Shown here piece after piece: positions 48,761 to 61,200 of a stretch of 64,000 nucleotides of DNA (position 1 is the stretch's first letter; each line of letters opens with the position of its first letter). The DNA is from Octopus sinensis. Lineage: Eukaryota. The position numbers and the translations under genes are program-made. The stretch covers positions 33,244,464-33,308,463 of the forward strand of contig NC_043011.1 of NCBI RefSeq assembly GCF_006345805.1, written 5' to 3'. The notes under the pieces were generated by a model. The model was given only the letters and a program-made list of their open reading frames with translations. It did no database searches and was not told the DNA's origin.

Positions 48761-50474
48761 ACCTGTACTTATCTCCTCCATCATTGCAAAGCTTGCTGGA
48801 ATAGGTAAAACTAAAGACTCATTATTTTGCTAGGCATAGGTGTGACACTACAGGTTCTTATGCACCTGCAATTAGCACCCGCCACCACCTCTCATGCTAC
48901 AAAAAGGTTTTCCATCTACACTCTGCTTGACTTACTATAAATAGCAGTCAAATCTCTCTCGAACCACACATTATCCTCTTTAAAAAAAGCAAAAAAAGGA
49001 AGTACACCTTGAATGTAGTCCCAGATATACAATAAGACAGGATTGTCACTATAGGAATGTCTTTTGTTATAGGTATGACATTACGACAATGACCACCACC
49101 ACATACAATCCCGTCACTGTTACTCTTAACATCACTACCTCTATCTTGAAAAGAAGAGAATGAAAGAACACATTGACTGATGTAGTCCTAGATATACTAT
49201 TCCTGTAAACAAGATGTGATGGGTATGGCTGGAAATTATTTGATCAAAGATTTATGCAATCAAGGCTCACCTGGGGATAGATAGTATCAATAGCAACAAC
49301 AATTGTGAGAAACCTTACATCAATAGCTTGAGTGTCATTTTAAATCACTCGGCAAGCATAATTTATCTCAAGTGAGCTTCAGTGTGGTTCCTCACTCTGT
49401 TAAAAATAGCAACCAAATCTCCCTTAAATGACACTTTACAACTTTGAAATGATACATGTAATCATGCACAAACACATGCACACATCATTATCATAACATC
49501 CACATCTTTGTACTCGCGTGGTTGGGTAGAATTTGTTGAGATGGATTTCCTACAACTGGTTGCCTTTCCTGTCACCAACCCTTGTCCCCAAATAGGGTGA
49601 TATTCCCCTTGAGCTGACATGTTTCCATAGAAGACTGGAAATGAAGGACACTGTTTGTGCAACCACCACAATGTCAAAGCAAAGAAACAGTAATACACAC
49701 AGCTTTGTGTGTTTGTGTAAATCCACTCACAAGGCTTTGATTGGCCCAGGGCTATAGTGGAAAATGCTTGCCCAACTCAAGGTGCCATGCAGTGGGACTG
49801 AACATGTAACCATGTGGTTGTAAAGCAAACTTCTTACCATACAGCCAAGCCTATGCATATATAATTACACACACACACATGCACACACACAAACACAAGC
49901 AAACTATATTTTCATAGAACCAATGAAGGAATCCCTTTGTTGTTCAGTGTTGGAAATAACAGCCAAATTGCCCTCACACTAGCTCTCACTTAAAAACCCT
50001 TGACAATGGCATCTTAGCATAGCCAGAGGCCAATGACTAAATCCAACAAAAGAATACAAGAAAAATGTATAAATCAGGTTAATAACTTAATTATTAATTA
50101 ACATAACTACTCAGGTGTTGTCTACTTGGTTTATTGTTCAATGTTGTATTGTTGGTTATTATTAAATTTGAAGCAGCTTAAATTAATTAACTATCCGGTG
50201 AAAGTTTTCGTTAATGACACTAAACCGGTTGTAATCGTCTAAGTCGCAAATCATTTAAATCACTGATTATCCATTGATTTATATTAGGTTCCTTTTTAGT
50301 ATGTTTTTTTTTTCCATATATTTTTAAATATGTGTATGCATACATGCAAGACTGCATTAGGTACATTTGCATTCATATACAAATATTTAATTGCACGCAT
50401 ACAGAAGATATATATGTAATCAGTTTGTGAGTAAATGTTGTGTGTGCATGTGTATGTATATATGAGTGTGTATA

Positions 50475-50784
50475 TGGAAGGCACATAGCTCAGTAGTTAG
50501 AGCGTCGAGCTTACGATCAAGGCTGCATGTTGTGTTCTTGAGCAAGACACTTTATTTCACATTGCTCCAGTTCACTCAGCTGTAGAAATGAGTTGTGACG
50601 TCATAGGTGCCAAGCTGTATCGACCTTTGTCTTTCCCTTGGATAACACTGGTGGCGTGGAGAGGGGGGGCTGGTATGCATGGGCGACTGCTGGTCTTCCA
50701 TAAAACAACCTTGCCCGGACTTGTGCCTGGGAGGGTAACTTTCTAGGTGCAATCCCATGGTCAGTCATGACTGAAGGGGGTCTA
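50475..50784 (+). mobile_element. SINE family D
   Basis: Homologous to 26634-26925; a partial duplicate lies at 51033-51140. Confidence 0.85.
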
Positions 50785-51364
50785 AAAAAAATATGGAAAA
50801 CTAACTCATCAAAAAAATCTTTCTTGGAGATGAAAATATTTATACTGAGAATTAATGTTTATTACCACCTAAACATGGGTGTTCTATAAGAACAGATGAT
50901 ATTGTTAGTTAACTCCAGGAAGATGCCACTTCCACTTGGTTATTCAGTGCACTTTGCATTCAATATATGTAATCAGTTTGTAAGTAAATGTTGTGTGTGG
51001 ATGTGTATGTATGTGTGCATGTGTGTGTATATGGAAGGTACATGGCTCAATGGTTAGAGCATCGAGCTTACGATCGTGAGGTTGTAAGTTTGAATCCCAG
51101 ACCAGGCTGTGTGTTGTGTTCTTGAGCAAGAAACTATATTCGTATATTGCAAGCAGGGAGAGAACTCCCTACTATTCTAGCTCGGAGACCACTATATCAC
51201 ATGATTTTGGCCTTATTGGCCTTATTTTGATTATCTTCAGTGGAGAATATTTGTCTGCTAGATATACAGAAAAACTGTGTTACACAGTCTCTGGTTTTGC
51301 AACTAGAAAACTAGCCTGTTAAGAAAATCTCCATGAGAGACAAAAGCAGTATTCATACTGAGAA

Positions 51365-51539
51365 ATAATGTTTATTGCCACCTAAATATGAGTGTTCTAT
51401 AAGAACAGACTGTATTGCTATTTTAACACCGAGTGGATGCCTCCTCTAGCTTGTTGCTGGAAGAGCATTCTTCTGGATTTAAAATAGCAGGATCAGCTGT
51501 TCTTATAGAACACCTGCATTTAGGTGGTAATGAACATTG
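51365..51539. repeat. ~60-bp inverted repeat (51365-51424 and 51481-51539)
   Basis: ..CCACCTAAAT..GTGTTCTATAAGAACAG..TGCTATTTT is inverted. Confidence 0.75.
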
Positions 51540-51601
51540 TGTTTATTCTCTCTCTCTATCTATATATATATGTGTGTGTGTATGTGTATATATATATATA
51601 T

Positions 51602-51788
51602 ATTTATATTATATAGAAGGTATTACTACACATAAATGCCACATGCTAGGAGGAACTCTTAAAGTCAAAACTACTAAAATAAATTTATGTTTATTATAAA
51701 TGCTTATTTATTTTAGTAGTCTTGATTGTAAGAGTCCTTTCTAGTGTGTGACATTTATGTGTAGTAATGCCCTCTATATAATATAAAT
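51602..51788. repeat. Fold-back F3 (~80-bp arms) in a TA-rich context
   Basis: TTATATTATATAGA(A/G)GG(T/C)ATTACTACACATAAATG..ACTACTAAAATAAA is inverted. Confidence 0.8.
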
Positions 51789-52096
51789 TATATATTTAAG
51801 TGAAAAAATTGGATTTTTTCTCTTATGAGGTTTTTTACGCTGACTACTTGATAAATTCTTATAAAAATTTTATCCTATTTTTAAATTGTATATATATATA
51901 TATATAAACACACACATATAAATGTTGAACAATGAGAATGAGTGCTCAACACTGCATTGGTGGATAAAGTTTCTTTATTTGTATATTACAGCTACCATTG
52001 GTTTCATGTTAAGAGAAATATCTTAATTATTCAAACTGATCACATGGAGGAATGGTGTTCACCTCCATTTAGGCTATATATATATATATATATATA

Positions 52097-52568
52097 TCAT
52101 CATCACCGTTTAACATCTGCTTTCCATGCTAGCATGGGTTGGACAATTTGACTGAGGTCTGGCGAACCAGATGGCTACACCAGGCTCCAATCTTGATCTG
52201 GCAGAGTTTCTACAGCTGGATGCCCTTCCTAATGCCAACCACTCCGAGAGTGTAGTGGATGCTTTTACATGCCACCGGCATGAGGGCCAGTCAGGCGGTA
52301 CTGGTAACGGCCATGCTCAAATGGTGTTTTTTTACGTACCACCTGCACAGGAGCCAGTCCAGCGGCACTGGCAATGACCTCACTTGAATGTTTTTTTTTC
52401 ACGTGCCAATGAGGCGATGCTGGTAATGATCACGCTCGAGTGGTACTTTTTACGTGCCACCGGCACGGAAGCCAGTTAGCTGTTCTGGCAACAATCATGC
52501 TCAGATGGTGCTCTTAGCACTCCACTAGCACGGATGCCAGTCATCGAATTTGATTTCGATTTCACTTC
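52097..52568 (-). mobile_element. RTE-type 3' UTR with internal tandem sub-repeats
   Basis: Nearly collinear with 61201-61680. Confidence 0.85.
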
Positions 52569-52595
52569 TTATATATATATATATATTTATAAAGC

Positions 52596-52821
52596 AAATG
52601 AGATGACAAAGGAATGAAAGATTATCTTATGAACTTCATTAGCTTACAGCTGTTTCTGCTATAAGATGCAGTGGACTCATGCGCTTCATATTCAATGCTC
52701 TGATGAAGTTATAAGGTGTTACTGAGGCATTCAACTATGAGTACACTGCATCTTATAATAGAAACAGCTGCCAGCTAATGGAGTTCATAATATAATCATT
52801 TATTCCTTTGTCGTCTCATTT
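52596..52821. mobile_element. Fold-back element F2-like with an HHR
   Basis: 85-bp arms at 52596-52680 and 52737-52821; preceded by (TA)n. Confidence 0.8.
52697..52775 (+). ncRNA. Type-I hammerhead-like motif with extended stem II
   Basis: GCT-CTGATGA-AG-TTATAAG...CTTATAA-TA-GAAAC-AGCT-GCC-AGC; the triplet is mutated here but intact (GAAACAGCTGTAAGCT) in the inverted arm at 52641-52656. Confidence 0.6.
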
Positions 52822-52916
52822 TCTCATTACCTCTTTCTACTTGACTAATGCTTCAGTCTGAAGCATAAGTATATTGAGTTCTACAGCATGTTATAGTCTC
52901 ACAATGCCTAAGTGAA

Positions 52917-52969
<53 letters not shown>

Positions 52970-53384
52970 TATGTATGTGTATAGTTCATGGCTCATATTT
53001 TTCCTTCAAACAATGTAAAATTTATTGTGTGTAATAATAATATTGGATCTGAATTAAGATATGCCTTTATGGATTTGCTTATTTATTCATCTGTATTTTG
53101 ATATATTCATACACTTGTATATTTATATTTCATACATTGTGAAAGCATGTGCCCTAGTGGTCACTCATGATCATATGGCCATTGGTCTAACTTCTGAACC
53201 AGATGGCACTCTGTAGCCTTAAGCAAAACACTCTAGTTCATGCTCTTCCAATCTGCTCACTTGGAATGGCTCTCAGTCGTGAGTTACAGAGGCCATTTTT
53301 CTTTCTCCAGCTAACCACATTCTGGTTGTTCCACTGATTCTACAGCAGGTTATAGTCACACAGTGCTTAAGTGATATATATATA

Positions 53385-53560
53385 TATACATGAACAAAGA
53401 GAAAACACAACAATACGAGGACATGGAATAAGTATAGTGTTATTGGACGCTCAGGAAAGGAAAGAAAGAAGGAGGATTTAACGTTTTGAGCGGAGCTCTT
53501 CATCAGAAACATAGAAAAAGGAAAGGTCCAAGGAAGGGAAGACAGAGCAAAAAAAAATCA
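53385..53560 (-). mobile_element. F5 HHR-bearing element
   Basis: Homologous to 13433-13600; minus strand GTTT-CTGATGA-A-GAGC-TCC-GCTC-AAAACGTT-AAAT at 53476-53510. Confidence 0.7.
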
Positions 53561-54426
53561 CCAACAATACACACACGGTCACATATTGAAATGACCAGAC
53601 GGGAATGGGTGAAGAAAAAGTTCTTTCAAAGTCAGGAGAGTCCAAGAGAAAGAGGTATATATATATATATTGAGAAAGATATATATGTATATGTTCAGAG
53701 AATTCAAGTTGGTATCTCTTACATCCCATCCCTAATTTAGTATTAAATCTTGGTAGAAGATTATTTTCCATTCGCTGTTTTAGCTTTGCTCACTGCATAA
53801 GCTACACCCCAGTTTTTGTAGTTAAAATCAAGTATAACACAGTGGCACTTACACACAAGTAGCTATAGTAGTTAGCAAAACCAATATAAACAGTCAAGTA
53901 AAGGCTGTAGTAACATATTTATATTGATAATTTTATTCATGGTTTTCGTTCATTTATCTAATTGTTTTATTTAGGTTTTTATTCATTCGTTAATGTATCC
54001 TTTCATCATGTTTATTTCATTTACTAGTTTAACAAATTGTTGATAATAAGGTTGAACTTTTACTTCCTCTTGAAGAATAGGAATTGATTATCTGCTGTTG
54101 ACTGAACTAAATTGCAGTGAGAGTGGCAACATGAATGTGTAGCTTAATGACCTGCTTTTATCTTTTAGTTGATTCAGTTATTCAACTGAGGCCATACGAG
54201 GGCACCATCTCAAAGGGTGTAATAAAAAAGAATTATCCTAGTTATTATTTTTAGTCTGGTTCTTATTCTTTTGGATTCTTTTGTTGAACTGCTAAGTTAC
54301 AAGGAGATAAGCAAGCCAATACTAATCATCAAGAAGTGGTGAGGGACAAAGATGCAAACACACTTTTATATACACATATAAATATAGAAGCATACACACA
54401 CACACACACGCACACACACACACATA

Positions 54427-55395
54427 CAGGGTGCATCAGCTCTTTAAGAACAAAGTTTCAACTTAAGGAAAACATTTATTTATTGAAAAATCAATATATT
54501 TTTAAAGAATTTGGTACATATATCCTTACATACACATATCAAAATAATTTTTCCTGGAACCTCTATTAGCCTTGATTACTGCCTCGATAGGGCTTCTGCG
54601 ATGACCAAATGCATTGATCGGGTGATCTTGATTATGTTGCTCACAATGCCCCCAATAACAGAGCTGATGTCAATGAGTCATTTGAATTGTGGGCATGTTT
54701 GTTGGTCTTGCTCTCAACAATGCTTCAGACTTAGTAGTCTGGTAGGTTTTAATCAGAAGAGTTGGGAGGCCAAAAGTTAGGGCTAAGATGATCATGAAAA
54801 TTTTTGGCCATATAAGTCAGTCTCACACCAAGTTATGTGAGAGAGGGAGGAGTCTTGTTGGAACTCATACAGCTTCTTCTGAGCAACTTCTGATCCAGAT
54901 TTGACAACCATCTTCATTGTCTCAGTATAGGCACCTGCATTGACCCTAAGATCTTTTTGGAAAAAGTGAGGAGGCAATGACATGGCTGTTATTGCTCCTC
55001 ACCCCCAAGACTACTATGTACAGTGGGAACATGGTGTTCAGTGGGAACCATAGCATGTTAGATTCCACAGGATGCTTGAGTTTGTTCAGCAACTTCTTCG
55101 ACCTGTTTACACAGTTCTCCTGAGATTTATAGAGCATAAACCACCCTCTTCTCATAACATAGGATCTCTACCTTATGATTTTGAACACTACACACCTAAT
55201 TGTTAATTTGACACATGAAGGTGATTGGCAACGGTCCTCATTGACATGCTAAGGTTTTGATGATGCCTTGGGTTTACTGGACAAACTCAACATTTCTGTC
55301 AATATCTGACCACCAAGAATGTCTTTTTCCTTTGGACACAGACGACACATTCCCACCAACAGTCAAGAGCTCTTTTCTAATCTTGAACACAAAGT
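54427..55395 (-). mobile_element. Strongly decayed maT-like Tc1/mariner element
   Basis: TA|CAGGGTGCA left end; remnants LPPHFF..LRVNAGAYTE..YEFQQDSS; right end uncertain. Confidence 0.65.
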
Positions 55396-55411
55396 ACCTG
55401 ATGACATTTAA

Positions 55412-55658
55412 CCCATAAGCATTCAGATTTCTTTGTCAAATATAATGCTTATTTATTTATATTATTATGAATTAAATCATGCATTACCTTGTAGCTTCAA
55501 GATTTTGACAATGTGATTGCTTGTTTTTAGAATGACATCAGATAGGTGTGAGAGGTTAGATCTGACTTGCTTAAGCAGAAAATAGATGGAATATGTGGAA
55601 TGGATCTGGCTGGTTTGAGTATAAAATAGGTAGACTATTTGGGTTAAATGCTTAAGGG
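55412..55658 (+). mobile_element. piggyBac-type MITE
   Basis: TTAA|CCCATAAGCATTC...ATGCTTAAGGG. Confidence 0.75.
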
Positions 55659-56147
55659 TTACAAAAGGTCACAATCTCTGAATCATTGTAGCTGGCAGTT
55701 AAGGTGGCAAGAACAGCATACCTTTTCATCATCTGTGTTAAATTTGAAGCTTCCATGTTGGGGCTAATAAAAGCGGTGGTTGGGGGATATTTAAAGTTTT
55801 GGCCCCTTATGGTTCTTAAAGGTTTTGTTCTCATATAGCTGGTGTGTCCTCTGTATGCATGTGTGTGTCTTTGTTTACATCCAGTAAACATAGTGGGTCA
55901 TTGCAGGAAACCAGTAGAATAAGAACCAGACTTAAGAATAAATACTAGATTTGATTTGCTCAGCTAAACCCTTCAAGTTGGTACTCTAGCATGGCTGCGA
56001 TCTACTGACTAAAAATCACAAAACATAAAAATATGTATACACACACACACATGTATTATGTGAATGTGTGTGCATGATATTATTGCTGACGTTGTTTTCT
56101 ACATAATCCTTTAATCAGCTTTGACATGCTGCTAACGTTTCTTATAG

Positions 56148-56193
56148 CTGTTCATGTCGATTGAGCTGGATTCATCTGGGTTGTTTGGTGGTG
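56148..56193 (+). other. Candidate 46-nt host exon
   Basis: Branch-like GCTAAC at 56131-56136, acceptor TTTCTTATAG, donor GTG|GTAAGT; two frames open (LFMSIELDSSGLFGG or CSCRLSWIHLGCLVV). Confidence 0.35.
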
Positions 56194-56529
56194 GTAAGTA
56201 GCGGTAGGGGGGTAGTGGGAGTAGTTGTATAAAGGCAGGTAATTAAAAACCTGTCAATCATCAGATTCCTTTGCTATGTTATTTATTTGTATTTAGTTTC
56301 TCTTCTCTCTATAACTTAACTTTACCATCTATCTTTTACTTGCTTCAATTGTTGGACTGCAGCCATGCTGAGGAATTGCCTTGAAAGATTTAGGCAAACA
56401 GATTGATTCTGATGCTTATTTTAAAGTTTGATATTTACTGTGTCAATATACAGCTTGGTCAGTGACATAAAAGGCTATAGTAAAGTTTGAACTTATGACC
56501 ATGTGATTCAGTACACCACTCGTTTGACC

Positions 56530-56932
56530 CAGGGCCGGATTAAGGCCCATAGAGACCCTCAGCACTTAAAAGGCTTACATAAATGGTTCAAAATATAAAC
56601 AATAATAAACCATAATATAAATTTTTGTTTTTCAAAATGAAACAAAATTAGCAGTAAGACGAAAAATAATGTTTGTTTTTGTGTTTCCACTTCATTTTTT
56701 AAAAAATTTACTCTTTTACTTTTTTACTTATTTCAGTCATTTGACTGCGGCCATGCTAGAAACACTGCCTTTTTTTTTTTAGTTGAGCAAATCGACTCCA
56801 GGACTTATTCTGTGGAAGCCTAGTACTTATTCTATCGGTCTCTTTTGCCGAACCACTAAGTTACAGGGACGTAAACATACCACCATCAGTTGTCAAGCGA
56901 TGTTGGAGGGACAAACACAGATACACAAACAT

Positions 56933-56994
<62 letters not shown>

Positions 56995-57339
56995 GACGGT
57001 CTTCTTTCAGTTTCTGTCTACCAAATCCACTCACAAGGCTTTGGTCAGCCCGAGTCTATTGTAGAAGACACTTGCCCAAGGTACCATGCAGTGGGAATGA
57101 ACCCGGAACCATGTGGTTGGTAAGCAACATACTTACCACACAGCCACTCCTACACCTTCGATATTATCATTAAAATTAATTTTACATAAAACATGTTTCT
57201 ATAAAGCGTTAGAAATATTATTTTAGCAGGTTTAAAGTGATTTCTTTTGTGCCGTAGACCATTTTCATTTCTGTGGTGCCCCTGTCCCTTGATGCCCTAA
57301 GCATGTGCTTATTTTGCCTAATAGGTTAATCCAACACTG
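56530..57339. mobile_element. hAT-type MITE with a nested full SINE A (56708-57156, minus strand)
   Basis: Termini CAGGGCCGGATTAA / TTAATCCAACACTG; 8-bp TSD GTTTGACC / CTTTGACC (7/8). Confidence 0.75.
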
Positions 57340-57459
57340 CTTTGACCTCATAAACATAGTGTTCTCAGTTTCGTCATTGGCTTGCTCTTTTGAAGTGTGT
57401 TTAAAGTTGGACTGAGAAAGTATTAGGACACAAGTAACAAGATGGACTAAAGTAAAACC

Positions 57460-58142
57460 TCTTCCTTCTCCTCCACATTACCATCACTACCTTGACCACT
57501 TCTACTATCATCATCATCACCACTACCACCATCATCACCTTCATCACCATCACCACCATCATCATCATTCTCATCTTCCTTCCCCTCCACATCAACACCA
57601 CCACCACCTTGACCACTTCCACTATCATCATCATCACCACTACCACCATCATCACCTTCATCACCATCATCATTCTCATCTTCCTTCTCCTCCACATCAC
57701 CACCACCACCACCTTGACCACTTCCACTATCATCATCATCACCACTACCACCATCATCACCTTCATCACCATCATCATTCTCATCTTCCTTCTCCTCCAC
57801 ATCACCACCACCACCTTGATCACTTCCACTATCATCATCATCACCACTACCACCATCATCACCTTCATCCCCATCATCATTCTCATCTTCCTTCTCCACG
57901 TCACCACCACCACCACCACCACCTTGACCACTTCCACTATCATCATCATCACCACTACCACCATCATCACCTTCATCACCATCATCATTCTCATCTTCCT
58001 TCTCCTCCACATCACCATCACCTTGACCACTTCCACTATCATCATCATCACCACTACCACCATCATCACCTTCATCACCACCATCATCATCACTATCATC
58101 ATCATCTTCATCACTTCTTCATCATTATCTTCATCATCATCA
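57460..58142. repeat. Minisatellite of about six 99-117-bp units built from (CAT/CAC) triplets
   Basis: The unit marker CCTTGA(C/T)CACTTC occurs at 57490, 57607, 57712, 57814, 57922 and 58021. Confidence 0.92.
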
Positions 58143-58744
58143 TATGATGTTAAAGATGAAAGTGCATATGACATCTACTCAAGCTCACTCAATACACCTG
58201 TGTATGTGTATTTTTTTTTTTGTCATTGTGCCTATGCTGTGTTTTGTTCTTGCACCCCAGGATCTGCGCTAAACATTACTCATTGCTCAATCCTTTCACC
58301 CCCACCCCCAAACATTAAACTGTTTGATATTAACTCTCCACCACTGTTACACATCTCTGTTTCTTCTCTTCAAGCATGACCTCACAGATGTTTAAGCCAA
58401 ATATAAACTGCATTAGTCTTGTCAGTCCATTCACAGAAGGCCCGCAAAGATCACCAGATCTATCCCTTCCTTCTAACTAAGTCACACACACCAAAAAAAA
58501 AAAACAAAAAGAAAACAAAAAAATGAAAACTTATAATTGCATGGTTAAGAAGGTTGCTTTGCAAACACATGGCTTTGGGTTCAGTCCCACTGTTCTACAT
58601 CTTGACATCTTGGGCAAGTATCTTCTACTATACTCTGGGCTGACCAATTCCTTGTGAGTGAAATTGGTAAAGAGAAACAGTGTGGAAACCTCTCCTGTTT
58701 ATCTGTCTGTCTGTCTCTCCCTCCCTCTCTAATATATATATATG

Positions 58745-58977
58745 TATTTCTTTATTGCCCACTAGGGGCTAAACATAGAGGGGACAAACAAGGACAGACA
58801 AATGGATTAAGTCAATTACATCAACCCCAGTGCATAACTGATACTTATTTAATCAACCCCGAAAGGATGAAAGGCAAAGTCAACCTCGGCAGAATTTGAA
58901 CTCAGAACGTAGCGGCAGACGAAATACTGCTAAGCATTTCGCCCACCATGCTAAAGTTTCTGCCAGCTTGCCGCCTT
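58745..58977 (-). mobile_element. SINE family B
   Basis: Homology to 903-1138. Confidence 0.85.
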
Positions 58978-59595
58978 TTTCTAATATATATATGTGTGTG
59001 TGCATGCGTGTCTCTGTGTTTGTTCCTCAACTGCTTGACAACCAATATTGGTTTCGTCACATCCCTCTAAACTGGCATTTCAGCAAAAAAATGGTCAACA
59101 GAATAAGTACCAAACATGAAGTAAAAAAAAAAAAGTACCAAAGTTGATTATTCATTCAGCTAAACACCTTTCAAGATGGTGCTCCAGCATGACCACAATT
59201 CAAATGACTGAAAATATAAATAAAAGATAAACAATAACAATAATATATCATTACATACATAAATATATATACATACACAAACACACACATACATACACAT
59301 ACACACACATGCATACATACACATACACACACATGCATATATATATATACACACATGCACACATACATATATACACACACACCCACATACACACATACAT
59401 ATATATACACATACATACACACATACATATGCTTTATACACACTTTTGACTTGTGGTGCACCTGAGCACTGTATACAATAATCTCATTATATTATATTAT
59501 TTAAATGACATGGTCTATTATGCCTGTTAGCAACCGTATATAAGCGCTTTCTTTGCAATATGTGTTCTCAAGTTCTCTGTTAATTCTACCTTCCC

Positions 59596-59626
<31 letters not shown>

Positions 59627-59750
59627 CTGTCTTTTGTTGAGTCTAGACAAAACAATGCTGACCAAGTTATTTCCATTGAGAGGACTGTTGTACTTTAAAT
59701 GATGACAGGAAAAAGCTGTGGCTTAGGAGTGGCAGTTAGAGCTAGAAAAC

Positions 59751-59754
<4 letters not shown>

Positions 59755-59790
<36 letters not shown>

Positions 59791-60124
59791 TGTATTTATG
59801 TGTGTGTGTGTGTGTGTATTCATATGTGTGTGTATATATGTATGTATGTGTGTATGTATGTGTATATATATGTGTATGTATGTGTATATATATATGTATG
59901 TGTGTATGTATGTGTATATATATATGTATGTGTGTATGTATGTGTATATATATGTATGTGTGCATGTATGTGTATATATATGTATGTATGTGTGTGTGCA
60001 TGTGTGTGTATATATATATGTATGTATGTGTGTACCTGTGTGTATATATATATGGATGTGTGTACCTGTATGTATATATATATATATATGTATGTATAGG
60101 TATATATATGTGTGTATGTATGTG

Positions 60125-60155
<31 letters not shown>

Positions 60156-60532
60156 ATGTATGTGTATATATATATATATATATGTATGTGTGTATGTATG
60201 TGTGTATGTATATGTATATATATGTGTATGTATGTGTGTATATATATATATATATATGTATGTGTGCATGTGTGTGTATATATATGTATGTATGTGTGCA
60301 CCTGTGTGTATATATATATGTGTGTGTATGTATATGTATATATATATATGTGTATATATGTGTGTATATATATATATGTGTGCATGTGTGTGTATATGTA
60401 TGTGTGTATGTATGTGTATATATATATATATGTATGTATGTGTGTATATATGTATGTGTATATATATATGTATGTGTGTGCTATGTATATGTGTGTGTTT
60501 GTGTGTGTATGTATATATATTTATGTATGTAA

Positions 60533-60563
<31 letters not shown>

Positions 60564-60565
60564 CC
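59755..60565. repeat. ~800-bp (TA/TG/TATG)n microsatellite
   Basis: Direct inspection; source of the long YI/VC/TH ORFs. Confidence 0.95.
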
Positions 60566-61200
60566 ACAAACGGGTGTGTGTTAATTACATCATTTTCACC
60601 TCTCTCCCACCCTGCTGCTAATTAGTCAGCTTGGTTGAATTAATTCTAGAAAGTTGAGTTTTTTTTTGTATTTTCCTTGTTGTGTGTGTGTGTGTGGTTT
60701 CTTCTCCTTGGCCATTCTCTAAAACAATCCTGACTGTTTGTCAATGAGTCAAAGTGTTCAATTTATTTCTAATTTGCATCTTCCGGTGTGTGTGTGTATG
60801 TGTGTGTGTGTACATGTATGTGTGTGTGTGTGTGTGTGTGTGCATGAATGTGTTTTAAACACTTCTTTCACTTTCTATGTTTTTATCTAGACTGTTTCAA
60901 TTAATTAATTAACCATGATGCAAGCTTAGTTCTGTAGTTAAGAAGCTTGCTTTGCAACCCTATGGTTCTGGGTTCCATTCAGTTCCATAATGGCCACTTT
61001 CTGCCTGCCTGTTGGTTTTTGATTTGTTTCATTTTGTTTGATCCTGGTTCAGCTTGCGTGTCATTCCAAAGACTACTAATTTTCTCAACATCAATGAGTC
61101 TATTTTTTTCCCTATCAAAATAAGTATCTAGAATTTTCCATACTTCCAAGTATACAAAGGTTATATTTTTCATAATCAAATTTTAATTCAAAAGAAGGGT

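Noticed and set aside
53836-53885. Minus-strand 10-nt micro-exon (GCTAAC..TATAG|CTACTTGTGT|GTAAGT)
   Set aside because: Not frame-preserving, such motifs arise by chance in 64 kb, and it is on the opposite strand to the other exon candidate.
59699-60621. Long ORFs of 200-280 aa (also at 1570-2144, 2445-2800, 6533-6964, 12847-13202 and 35173-35810)
   Set aside because: Stop-free translations of di-, tri- and tetranucleotide microsatellites.
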